From positions 13,602 to 77,601 of IMG/VR virus record IMGVR_UViG_3300028197_001952: a DNA stretch of 64,000 nt, one strand, 5' to 3'. The notes under the pieces were generated by a model. It was not told the DNA's origin and searched no databases. It worked only from the letters and a program-made list of their open reading frames with translations. Position numbers and translations under genes: made by a program. The stretch comes from a virus. Positions 53,298-61,857 of this stretch are shown in pieces. Positions within the stretch are counted from its first letter, which is position 1; the number at the start of each line of letters is the position of its first letter.

Positions 53298-54692
53298 TTA
53301 TACACACGATGGTGGTATCACAAATCCCAAATATCTTTTAGGAACTTTTTGAAATACACCACACCCATTCCTACTAAATCCTCCACCACCAGTATTTCCT
53401 TCTATTGTAATGACTCCTCCGGTTGGGGTTACTGCTGCAACAATACCAATGTGATGTGCATCAGATGGCTTACCATATAATACAGCAGCTCCTATCTTGG
53501 GCGTTGATGACCAGTATCCTTTTTGTTTTCCCCAACTCATCCAATTATCACAACTTGCTCCACCACTTGGAGTTTCCAATCCAGCTTCTTGCCACCAAGT
53601 AGCAACCGCAGCTGCACACCAATAGTATCCACTTCCTTTTCTTCTAACTTTAGCTTGGTTATCCAATCCAACGTTATCAAACATATCATCAATTCTACCT
53701 CTTTGTTTCTTTTGAACTCCACCAGGAAATCCTCCATAGTTTAAACCCGGTGGTGTACCTGTTTCTAAAATACCAATATCTCTTTTTGCAATTGCAACTA
53801 TTTTAGTTCCAACTTCACATTTATATGCATCTGGTGTACTTTCTTCAATTGCTTTCAATTCTTCTTCTGTTAATTCAACAGGAGTTGCATTTAATTGACC
53901 GGATGAAAGTTCAGCTGCTTTTAAATTAGAATATTCTTTTGCACTTGACCTACCAGATGCAGGTAATGATGTATCATTAGCAACTGCATCAGCTTCTGCT
54001 TTTTCTGCAGTAAACAATGCCCTATCTGCACCTGTTAATGTAGCTGCTACATCTTCTCCAACTGCTTTAAGGACATTAAGAACAGCACTAAATATTGAAT
54101 TAGATGGTATTTTCCCTGGACTTACTCCTGCAGGTGGAACGGTGAACCCAGTCCATGGTAATACACCCGGTGCAACGAATGGAGGTGCACCAGGATATAA
54201 AGATATTGTCATATACAATCCTGAAGTTGTTGGTAAATGTGATACCATTGATGCGATAAGTTTATCTAAAAATACACCACTATCATCAGTTGGACTAAGT
54301 GGTCCTACTGGTGTCCAAGTTCCTGGTGATGATACAAATGCTGCAGTTGTAGTTAAATTTAACATAGAACCAGGAGCAGGAATAATTGGTGGGATTCCTG
54401 TTACTAATGTTGCACCTGTCCAATAACCAACAACTCCCTTACCAATATCATCAGCAAAAGTATGTTTACCTTTTTGTTTTGAAAGTGCAATTGTACATGC
54501 AAGTTCAACAAACCTTTGCATTAATGCAATATTTGGCGTTTGTATTGGAATGTTATTTACAGTTTGTAACCCTCTTCTAATACACATATCATATTCTGAA
54601 GTAATCTTCTGAGCGAATTCAGGAAATGCCTTTATACCATCCTGATTTTTCATGTAGCTCATCATATTTGATTTGAATATTGCGAAAGACAT
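53298..54692 (-). CDS. virion-associated protein with C-terminal CHAP peptidoglycan hydrolase
   Basis: WCAAAV, HHIGIV and TIEGNT; adjacent to the spike gene. Confidence 0.8.
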   Translation of the reverse strand: MSFAIFKSNMMSYMKNQDGIKAFPEFAQKITSEYDMCIRRGLQTVNNIPIQTPNIALMQRFVELACTIALSKQKGKHTFADDIGKGVVGYWTGATLVTGIPPIIPAPGSMLNLTTTAAFVSSPGTWTPVGPLSPTDDSGVFLDKLIASMVSHLPTTSGLYMTISLYPGAPPFVAPGVLPWTGFTVPPAGVSPGKIPSNSIFSAVLNVLKAVGEDVAATLTGADRALFTAEKAEADAVANDTSLPASGRSSAKEYSNLKAAELSSGQLNATPVELTEEELKAIEESTPDAYKCEVGTKIVAIAKRDIGILETGTPPGLNYGGFPGGVQKKQRGRIDDMFDNVGLDNQAKVRRKGSGYYWCAAAVATWWQEAGLETPSGGASCDNWMSWGKQKGYWSSTPKIGAAVLYGKPSDAHHIGIVAAVTPTGGVITIEGNTGGGGFSRNGCGVFQKVPKRYLGFVIPPSCV

Positions 54693-54695
54693 GAG

Positions 54696-55925
54696 TTATT
54701 CTGTATAATTAAGTGTGGATAGTATAGTATCTAATTTGGATTTAATCTTGTTGAAATCACCACGATTGTTCGGTCCCATCATTGTAGGTCCAGCTGGTGT
54801 TGAAAATATTTGAGCATTTATGGCATCACACAATTCAGCCAAGATATCGATTAGAGTTTGACCTCTTGAAAGTGGTTCTGCAGATGATTCAGTATTTAAA
54901 TATATTTCACCAGCTCCTCCTAGGAAGTACATGTTGTTATCATTAGTAGTAGTTCTATACTCTCCATTTAAATCTATTTCTGCACCATCCAACCCATTAT
55001 CTATTGTAAGTTTACCATCTGATATAAATGAGTAATTTCCTTTTGAGTAAAATAACATTTCAGAATCTTTAGATGATAAAATAATTCTACCACTATTGAT
55101 AAGAACTTGATCAGTTCCTTTTAATTCAGGTTCTTCTGCATAAATTGGAGTAGTTTCTAATGGTGTATCAATCTGACCAGGAGAAAATTCTAATAAATGT
55201 TCTCCACTTGTCATTACAATAGTTGAACCATCATCAACGATATCTTCATAAGTAGGTGTTCCGATTTTTAGTTCTTCTAAAGATTTAGAACCTTGTCTGT
55301 TTCTTATTACGATTGTTGGAGCTAAAACATTATCTATATTGTTATATCCACTAAAACGAATTGATTGACCGAAACGTGATTGTATAACCTTATCTCCTTC
55401 AAAAAAGTTTAAATGATTTACTTGAGTTTCTTTAAAGTATTCATTTTCTGGAGAATCAGCTGCTCCTCCTGCTCCATTTGGTGTACCTGTTTGTGATGTT
55501 GTTGAATACTCACCAGCTCCTCCATCACTTGCAGGTTCTTTATTAGGGTTCATTATCTCATTTACACCTTCAACATAATTTCCGGTATTAAGAGTACTAC
55601 TAGTAATTCTCTTATAAATAAGTTCTCCGTTTCCACGTTTAAGTATTTCAACGGATTCGCCAATAAGAGGTAATTCTAAATTTGCATAATCATGCGGTGC
55701 ATAAAATCTAAGTTGTTCTATTGGAGACTGATTATCATCCAATCTTCTAATTTTAGCAAAACCAATTTCGTATGTATTTCTTGTATCATTTTTACCAACA
55801 CCTAAATCGATTATAGCTTCATGCTCATCGTTGGTAATCACATCAAGTACAATCCCCATAAGGACGGGTGTCTTTGATCTCTGTGTTCTACCTCCAACTG
55901 CAGTTGCTTGTGATGTTCTACTCAT
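54696..55925 (-). CDS. baseplate hub/spike protein (gp5/gpV-like)
   Basis: LPLIGESV (OB-fold-like), EGD..IQSRFGQSIRF and QVLINSGRIIL beta-repeats. Confidence 0.65.
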   Translation of the reverse strand: MSRTSQATAVGGRTQRSKTPVLMGIVLDVITNDEHEAIIDLGVGKNDTRNTYEIGFAKIRRLDDNQSPIEQLRFYAPHDYANLELPLIGESVEILKRGNGELIYKRITSSTLNTGNYVEGVNEIMNPNKEPASDGGAGEYSTTSQTGTPNGAGGAADSPENEYFKETQVNHLNFFEGDKVIQSRFGQSIRFSGYNNIDNVLAPTIVIRNRQGSKSLEELKIGTPTYEDIVDDGSTIVMTSGEHLLEFSPGQIDTPLETTPIYAEEPELKGTDQVLINSGRIILSSKDSEMLFYSKGNYSFISDGKLTIDNGLDGAEIDLNGEYRTTTNDNNMYFLGGAGEIYLNTESSAEPLSRGQTLIDILAELCDAINAQIFSTPAGPTMMGPNNRGDFNKIKSKLDTILSTLNYTE

Positions 55926-56340
55926 TGTTTTTTACTTTTACTTTTTGTTTTAACTCCTCAACTTCATTAGTAAGATCATCTACTTTAATATCATGTTCAT
56001 TACTAACTTGTGTTATTGTTTCATCAAATTGTTGTAGTAATTGTTCTTTTTCTTTATCTGATAAAAAACCTGTATCTCCATCTGAAGCTTGAGCTGCTCC
56101 TATAATCCTTTGAGCGATAGCTGCCATTTTAATAAGTGAATCATCGTTCTTAACCGCTGAATCGATTAAATCTCTTATAATCGGTCCCATTGCCATCATA
56201 TCAGGTGCATGACGGACAAGTTTTCTCATCTCAGCAATTAATTCTGATATTCGTTGTTTCTTAACTTGTTGGTTATCGTAGATATCCTTGAACAAGCCAC
56301 CTAAGTTCTTTCCTGGAAATAATTCAAATTCTGTACTCAT
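55918..56340 (-). CDS. hypothetical helical late protein
   Basis: 140-aa ORF with a late motif upstream. Confidence 0.5.
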   Translation of the reverse strand: MSTEFELFPGKNLGGLFKDIYDNQQVKKQRISELIAEMRKLVRHAPDMMAMGPIIRDLIDSAVKNDDSLIKMAAIAQRIIGAAQASDGDTGFLSDKEKEQLLQQFDETITQVSNEHDIKVDDLTNEVEELKQKVKVKNNE

Positions 56341-56378
56341 GATTTTACCACATTATCTTGTATATAAATATGATAAAC

Positions 56379-56408
56379 AAAAAAACCTCACTTTTTAAGG
56401 TGAGGTTC
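56379..56408 (-). terminator. intrinsic terminator
   Basis: Minus strand AACCTCAC-cttaaaaa-GTGAGGTT followed by a T-tract. Confidence 0.75.
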
Positions 56409-56438
56409 TTTATAATGTACATTCTTAGAAAGTATATA

Positions 56439-56675
56439 TTATGCTTTCTTTTTTAGGATGTGGTATATAACTCCAGCCCCTACTAATCCTAGTAAGCCTT
56501 CGTTACTTAATGAACCTATAATACCCATAATGTTATCCACTACTGATACTTCAGGCCAAAAAGGAATCGCTGCACCTTTGAATAATACTTCTAATACTAC
56601 TCCAAGAGCAATGATACTAATACCGATTTCAGTAAGTGATTTTGCCCAATCACCCATTTTATTTAGAAATTCCAT
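56439..56675 (-). CDS. small membrane protein (2 hydrophobic segments; possibly holin-like)
   Basis: Two hydrophobic stretches and a basic KKKA C-terminus. Confidence 0.55.
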   Translation of the reverse strand: MEFLNKMGDWAKSLTEIGISIIALGVVLEVLFKGAAIPFWPEVSVVDNIMGIIGSLSNEGLLGLVGAGVIYHILKKKA

Positions 56676-56836
56676 ATTGTTGTTCTCCTCTGTTTTTGTT
56701 AGAAATATATAACCTCTTCCTTCTCTAAAACATCGGACATGTCAAGAATAACTATAGTATATATTACAAAAAAAGTTACGATATATATTTTATACCGAAT
56801 TAAAGAAGTGTATTGGGGGTTTATATATTTATGTAT

Positions 56837-56944
56837 AAAAAAACCCCGCCGATTGGAGGGGCATTTTGTACTAACCACTTTGTTATACGATTAGAGATTT
56901 TCGAGGGAATTTATAACCTATTATTAGTATCCTCTATCTTACAA
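56837..56944 (-). ncRNA. candidate structured RNA (three-way junction plus loop-loop pairing) ending in a terminator
   Basis: ORF-free. Pairings UUGUA/UACAA, AGAU/AUCU, GAGG/CCUC, CUAAUC/GGUUAG and loop-loop GUUAUA/UAUAAC; terminator CCCCUCC-AAUC-GGCGGGG-U7. Confidence 0.5.
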
Positions 56945-56970
56945 TAAGTATAATGTAATTAATTGAAAAT

Positions 56971-58674
56971 TTAAATTATTTTCTTTTTTACAATATAATT
57001 ATTAAGTATTAAAGTATCCATCTCACAATTTAAAAATGTTTTAATTGCATCAAGTGGTGTTAGAACCATTGTTTGGTCTTTTAAATTAAAAGAAGTATTG
57101 ATTACCATTGGATATTCATTTATTTCTCTCAATCGTTCAAGTAAATTATACATTCTCCTATGTTGTCTTTTATTAACTGTCTGTATTCGTGCAGAATTAT
57201 CTATATGAGTTATTGCAGGTAAATGTGTTGCGTGTTCTTTTTTTACTTTTACTACCTGATTCATATACGGTACTTTATCTTCATATTCAAAATATGTTGA
57301 AGATGATTGCTCGGATACCATTGGTGCAAAAGGTCTAAACCCTTCTCTTTTTTTAATAACCCTATTCAAACGAGATTTCATTTGAGGATCTCTTGGATTT
57401 GCTAGTATAGAACGATTACCCAATGCTCTTGCACCAAACTCCATTCTACCTTCTACCCAACCAAGAACATTTCCTTCTACAATTTCTTCTGCAACTATAT
57501 CACATATTTGCTCATAAAGTTTTTTTTCAAACCAAACATCTTTATCATATATCTTAAGTGCATTTAGTATATCCTCAGTAGTGAATGATGGTCCTAAGTA
57601 TGGACTTGAGTTATCAACTCTTTGTTTTGATTTACTATAATAGTAATGTAATGCACACCCAATGGATGAACCTGCATCTGATGGAGCTGGTGGAATGTAT
57701 AGGTTTTTGAACTTTGTTCTTTTTAAAATTTTACCATTTGCTGTACCATTATAAGCACAACCTCCACTCAAGCATAAGTTCTCTGATTTTGTTTGTTTAT
57801 ATAATGCATCCAATAATCTAAAAAATAAGAACTCATACATTTGTTGTAAACCTGCTGCAATATCTTTGTGTTTTTGTGTTAGTTCATCTTCAGGTAATCT
57901 ATTTGGTAATTCAAATAGTTCTGATAATTTTTCATTGAACATACTAGTTGTTGAATACTCATACGTAAAGTAATCCATATTTAATTCAAATTTACCATCT
58001 TTGGTAGTGGTATATAGTTTTTTGAATTTTTTTAAATATTTTGATGAATCTCCATATGGAGCTAATCCCATTACTTTATATTCACCTTCATTTGGTTTAA
58101 ATCCCAAAAAGGCAGTAAATGTAGAATACAACATTCCTAAAGAATGTGGAAACTTAATAGAACCTATTTTTTTAATATCATTAGTTGCATATGCAAGTGC
58201 AGTAGTTTCCCACTCTCCTACTCCATCAACAGATAATAAAGCAGCTTCGTTAAATGGAGATGTGTAATAAGAATATGCTAAATGAGATAAATGATGGTCA
58301 CAATAAATTAATTGAGTCTTGCTTCCTCTTAAGCTTTCTAATTGTGATATTGTATCTTCATATACTTTTTTATTTTTAGATATTATTTTTAATCTACTGA
58401 AGAAGTTTGTCCATCCTCCTTTTTTTGTAGATGTTTCAATTCTATCTAATTTTAATTTTGGGTTTTCATAAAAACAAATTGCTTCTAAATCATTAGATGT
58501 AATTTTGAATTCACTAATTAACCAATTAATAGTGTTAATTGGAAAAGATGAATCATGTTTGATTCCTGTAAACCTTTCTTCTTCACATGCGCCTAATACT
58601 CTACCATCCTTTATTAAAGAGGCAGCCGAATCGTGATATCCACAACTTATTCCTAAAATATAACCATTAACCAT
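56971..58674 (-). CDS. O-carbamoyltransferase (NodU/CmcH/TobZ family)
   Basis: YHDSAA, EEERF, HHLSH, DGVGE, EGEYKVMGLAPYG, SGGCAYN, EFGARALGNRSIL and NTSFN. Confidence 0.92.
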   Translation of the reverse strand: MVNGYILGISCGYHDSAASLIKDGRVLGACEEERFTGIKHDSSFPINTINWLISEFKITSNDLEAICFYENPKLKLDRIETSTKKGGWTNFFSRLKIISKNKKVYEDTISQLESLRGSKTQLIYCDHHLSHLAYSYYTSPFNEAALLSVDGVGEWETTALAYATNDIKKIGSIKFPHSLGMLYSTFTAFLGFKPNEGEYKVMGLAPYGDSSKYLKKFKKLYTTTKDGKFELNMDYFTYEYSTTSMFNEKLSELFELPNRLPEDELTQKHKDIAAGLQQMYEFLFFRLLDALYKQTKSENLCLSGGCAYNGTANGKILKRTKFKNLYIPPAPSDAGSSIGCALHYYYSKSKQRVDNSSPYLGPSFTTEDILNALKIYDKDVWFEKKLYEQICDIVAEEIVEGNVLGWVEGRMEFGARALGNRSILANPRDPQMKSRLNRVIKKREGFRPFAPMVSEQSSSTYFEYEDKVPYMNQVVKVKKEHATHLPAITHIDNSARIQTVNKRQHRRMYNLLERLREINEYPMVINTSFNLKDQTMVLTPLDAIKTFLNCEMDTLILNNYIVKKKII

Positions 58675-58695
58675 TTATATCTTTATATATAAATA

Positions 58696-59475
58696 TTACA
58701 AAAAATCATTATCTATATATGGATTCGAATCAACATCGTTGGTATCCTCTTCCTTAGATGACCAGAAATCTTTTTTTCTTGGTTCTCTGAATTCACCATA
58801 CTCGTGATAATCGTTTAACATTTTTTTCTGATGGGTTTTCATTACATTAACCACTTTAGTAATATAGTGTGTTTTACAATCTGTCATTTCTCTTATTAAA
58901 AGATATAAATGTTTTTTGTTAAAGTTTTCTATATACTCACTTCTACGAAATAATTCTAATATAGCATCTGCTATTTGTAAATCTCTTTTCTTAGTAAAAA
59001 TAATATTAAGATTTTTATCCCAATACTTTAACATTATATTTTTAAATTCTTTAAACTCATTATTTTCAGATTCTTCATTAAAATCATTTTCAGGATTCCA
59101 AGTTTCTGGCATTGCTGATAAAAGAGAATTTTGTTTCCATCTTTTATAGTTACCATTGTTTTTTAAAATTAAATGATTCTTTGCTATAATAGTAAAGTAA
59201 GAAAATGCTCTTCCTTTATCTGCTTTAAACATATGTATCTTTTCTACCATAGTAGAAACTACTTCAGTTTGGATATCTTTTTTTGAAACATCAAAATATG
59301 AAAACCTGAAAGTATTAAGAACATTTTCTGCTAGTTTTTCAAATGGAAACTTTATTCGTTCTTCATATATTTTAGAACGAACTACTGAATCGGTTGAGTT
59401 ATTATATTCTATTATTGCTTCTTGAGCAGGAGAACCAAAGTATATCTTTGATTTTTTTCTTCTTGGTTTTGGCAT
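58696..59475 (-). CDS. putative phage late sigma factor (T4 gp55-like)
   Basis: FKADKGRAFSYFTIIAKN resembles the gp55/sigma region 2 F(A/S)YFT.I motif. Confidence 0.6.
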   Translation of the reverse strand: MPKPRRKKSKIYFGSPAQEAIIEYNNSTDSVVRSKIYEERIKFPFEKLAENVLNTFRFSYFDVSKKDIQTEVVSTMVEKIHMFKADKGRAFSYFTIIAKNHLILKNNGNYKRWKQNSLLSAMPETWNPENDFNEESENNEFKEFKNIMLKYWDKNLNIIFTKKRDLQIADAILELFRRSEYIENFNKKHLYLLIREMTDCKTHYITKVVNVMKTHQKKMLNDYHEYGEFREPRKKDFWSSKEEDTNDVDSNPYIDNDFL

Positions 59476-59479
59476 ATTT

Positions 59480-59746
59480 TTATATTTCGTTGTTAAGGTC
59501 TTCGGTTAACTTTTTAAGTTCTGAGAAGGTTACTCCCACTTCATCATCTTTTTCAAAAACTTGTCTATTATCAAGTTCTCTCATTTTAGTTAAAGCATTT
59601 GCAATACGTCCTCTAACTTCGGTTAGATTATCTTCGAATTGTTCATTTTGTTTTAATAAGTTTCTTACACCTATTAACAAAATAATATTAAACAAAAACG
59701 ATACCAATAGTATAATATTAGTTGTATTTGATAAAAATTCTATCAT
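59480..59746 (-). CDS. small membrane-anchored coiled-coil protein
   Basis: N-terminal TM segment followed by a charged helix. Confidence 0.5.
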   Translation of the reverse strand: MIEFLSNTTNIILLVSFLFNIILLIGVRNLLKQNEQFEDNLTEVRGRIANALTKMRELDNRQVFEKDDEVGVTFSELKKLTEDLNNEI

Positions 59747-60342
59747 GATTGTAATTTTAAATTTATATCGTACCCACTAAAAGTTTTCATGTACGATGTT
59801 ATTTTAGTTCCATTTCCATCTCTAAAAACTTTTCCGTTTTTAAAGTATCTTTTTACAGAACCTTGTCCTCCAAGATGTGCAGCTGCTAATATTCCACTTT
59901 CAGTAATCAACATACCATTAATTGTTTTACCATCAAAGGTATCAATATAAAGTTGTAGTTTTTCTTTGTTGTGTAATAATAAAGCCATCATTGCTTCTTC
60001 TTGTAGTTGTGGGTTATTTAGGAATTCTTTTCTAGTTACTTCAAATCCTAATCCTTTTAGAGTTCTTTTTCCAAATTGATACTTACCCATGTATCCCCAT
60101 TTGTTTACAACATCATATCTGTTTGTTGATTCTCTATGTCCAATAGCATCTAAGAATTTTTCTAGTTCAAAATTGTGATGCTCTATAATAGAATCTTTTG
60201 TAGCTTGTTGTTTTTTAAGTTCTATAAGTTTTTCTGTTTTTAAATCATCCAATGTAGTTTTAGTATCGATTGATTTAGCGGAATCTATCATTCCAAACGA
60301 ACATAGTGTAACTATGGTCGTTAATATTATTTGTTTTCTCAT
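59743..60342 (-). CDS. secreted lysozyme-fold / transglycosylase-like protein
   Basis: Signal-like N-terminus; RES..RY..VN..GYMGKYQFG and ESGILAAAHLGG. Confidence 0.65.
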   Translation of the reverse strand: MRKQIILTTIVTLCSFGMIDSAKSIDTKTTLDDLKTEKLIELKKQQATKDSIIEHHNFELEKFLDAIGHRESTNRYDVVNKWGYMGKYQFGKRTLKGLGFEVTRKEFLNNPQLQEEAMMALLLHNKEKLQLYIDTFDGKTINGMLITESGILAAAHLGGQGSVKRYFKNGKVFRDGNGTKITSYMKTFSGYDINLKLQS

Positions 60343-60372
60343 AAAGTTTTTCCTCTTGATTAAACTATACTA

Positions 60373-60403
60373 CTAATATACGGAAAAAAATCCATATATC
60401 CAA
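60373..60403 (-). promoter_or_regulatory. host-type promoter upstream of the hydrolase/sigma operon
   Basis: TTGG-atatatggatttttttc-CGTATATTAG. Confidence 0.65.
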
Positions 60404-60419
60404 GCTTTTTCATATATTT

Positions 60420-60713
60420 TTAAGCTTCTCCCATAGGACCGTAATACATTTCACTCATAACCAATTCTTCGTCCAATTCTTGTTTTGAATTGAAATCATC
60501 TTCTAAGAAACTGTTGCTATTAAAAATTAAATCAGAATTCTCTATAACGGTATCTTCCATGGCTATTATGGAATCTCTTAAAGCATTATCAATTTCTTCA
60601 GAAGTACAAACTCCTTTATCTATTAACAAATTTATAATACTCTGTGTTAGTAATGTTTGTGTAAGTAATTTACTTGTTAGTTCTTTTATTCTCTTTTTTG
60701 ATTCCAAGTTCAT
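60420..60713 (-). CDS. hypothetical protein
   Basis: 97-aa ORF in the operon. Confidence 0.45.
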   Translation of the reverse strand: MNLESKKRIKELTSKLLTQTLLTQSIINLLIDKGVCTSEEIDNALRDSIIAMEDTVIENSDLIFNSNSFLEDDFNSKQELDEELVMSEMYYGPMGEA

Positions 60714-60939
60714 CTAATAAATCTTTTAAGTTATGTCTATCTTCTTCTCCGTAAATCAAATCACCAAATCCTTTAGTGATACTTTTTTCACCATAACCCA
60801 TAGAGGCTGCTAATCTAATACACACTACTTTAAATTCGTGAATATTCATATCATTAGGAACATCAAGTTCTACTGATTTTGCTTCTCTAATTTCTTCGAT
60901 GAGGTCTTCATCTGTATATCTAAATATAAGTTTTGCCAT
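60670..60939 (-). CDS. hypothetical protein
   Basis: 89-aa ORF in the operon. Confidence 0.5.
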   Translation of the reverse strand: MAKLIFRYTDEDLIEEIREAKSVELDVPNDMNIHEFKVVCIRLAASMGYGEKSITKGFGDLIYGEEDRHNLKDLLDELGIKKENKRTNK

Positions 60940-60952
60940 GTTTTGTATAATT

Positions 60953-61573
60953 TTATAAGATTTCAGCTCCTTGTGCGATTAGTGGTTCTGCTTTTTTATA
61001 CTTCATAAATTCAGTAGTACCATCAGATAATTTAACCATCACTCTATCATTTCTACCATATTTTTTTGGTGCAATAAACGTAGTAGAATATTTTCTTTTA
61101 GAATCTGTTATAAGAATTCCATTAAGATGGTCTATCTCGTGTTGAGCACAAACACATTCTAATAATCCTGCATCTGCATAAAATTCTTCTGAATCTTTCC
61201 ATTGTTCTCCTCCTTTTTTATCAGGTGAAAATATAACTGTTCCTAGATTATCACACTCTACTGTAAATGATTCATGTCTTAGTGTTCTTACCGGCTTTGC
61301 CATTGTTTTATCTAAAGATAAACATTGTTCTATGTATACAACAGTTTCTTTTGATGCTTGGGTAACTTTGGGGTTAACTAGTATCAATGGGTCTTTTACG
61401 TTTATTAAACAAACTCTATCGGTTAATCCTATCTGATTCGCTGATAATCCCAATCCACCATGTTTGGTTAGCTCGGTTGTTAGTTTTTCTGTAATTGAAT
61501 CAACATCTGATTGAGACATTGGTCTTGGTAAAAGAGGTTCTCTTAGTTTACCTATATCTTTAATTAATTTCAT
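60953..61573 (-). CDS. def: peptide deformylase
   Basis: GLGLSANQIG, EQCLS and QHEIDHLNG. Confidence 0.9.
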   Translation of the reverse strand: MKLIKDIGKLREPLLPRPMSQSDVDSITEKLTTELTKHGGLGLSANQIGLTDRVCLINVKDPLILVNPKVTQASKETVVYIEQCLSLDKTMAKPVRTLRHESFTVECDNLGTVIFSPDKKGGEQWKDSEEFYADAGLLECVCAQHEIDHLNGILITDSKRKYSTTFIAPKKYGRNDRVMVKLSDGTTEFMKYKKAEPLIAQGAEIL

Positions 61574-61787
61574 CGAATAAATTTAATTGGTTTGTTTCTA
61601 ATTTTCTTTCAGATATATCTCCACCAAATGGTCTAGAGTATATGGTATTTCCCTTATCTGGTGATTCGTATATTTTTACATCAGGATGTTTTCTAAAATA
61701 AGATTCTTCCTTTCTGCATAACTCTCGTATCACTCTTCCTAATTCCATATCATTTGGGTTGTCTTTTACTAATTGTTCTATGTTCAT
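61560..61787 (-). CDS. small hypothetical early protein
   Basis: Start reassigned to MNIEQ, downstream of the host-type promoter. Confidence 0.55.
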   Translation of the reverse strand: MNIEQLVKDNPNDMELGRVIRELCRKEESYFRKHPDVKIYESPDKGNTIYSRPFGGDISERKLETNQLNLFDEIN

Positions 61788-61812
61788 TATTGTATTATAT
61801 CTATTTGTTATA

Positions 61813-61843
61813 CAAATATACGAAATATATTTGATTATTCCTA
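61813..61843 (-). promoter_or_regulatory. host-type (Bacteroidota-like) promoter
   Basis: TTAGG-aataatcaaatatattt-CGTATATTTG contains TAnnTTTG. Confidence 0.7.
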
Positions 61844-61857
61844 ATTTTATTAAACTT

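Noticed and set aside
56866-56944. Hammerhead ribozyme (GAAA next to stems)
   Set aside because: There is no CUGANGA core in the required position.
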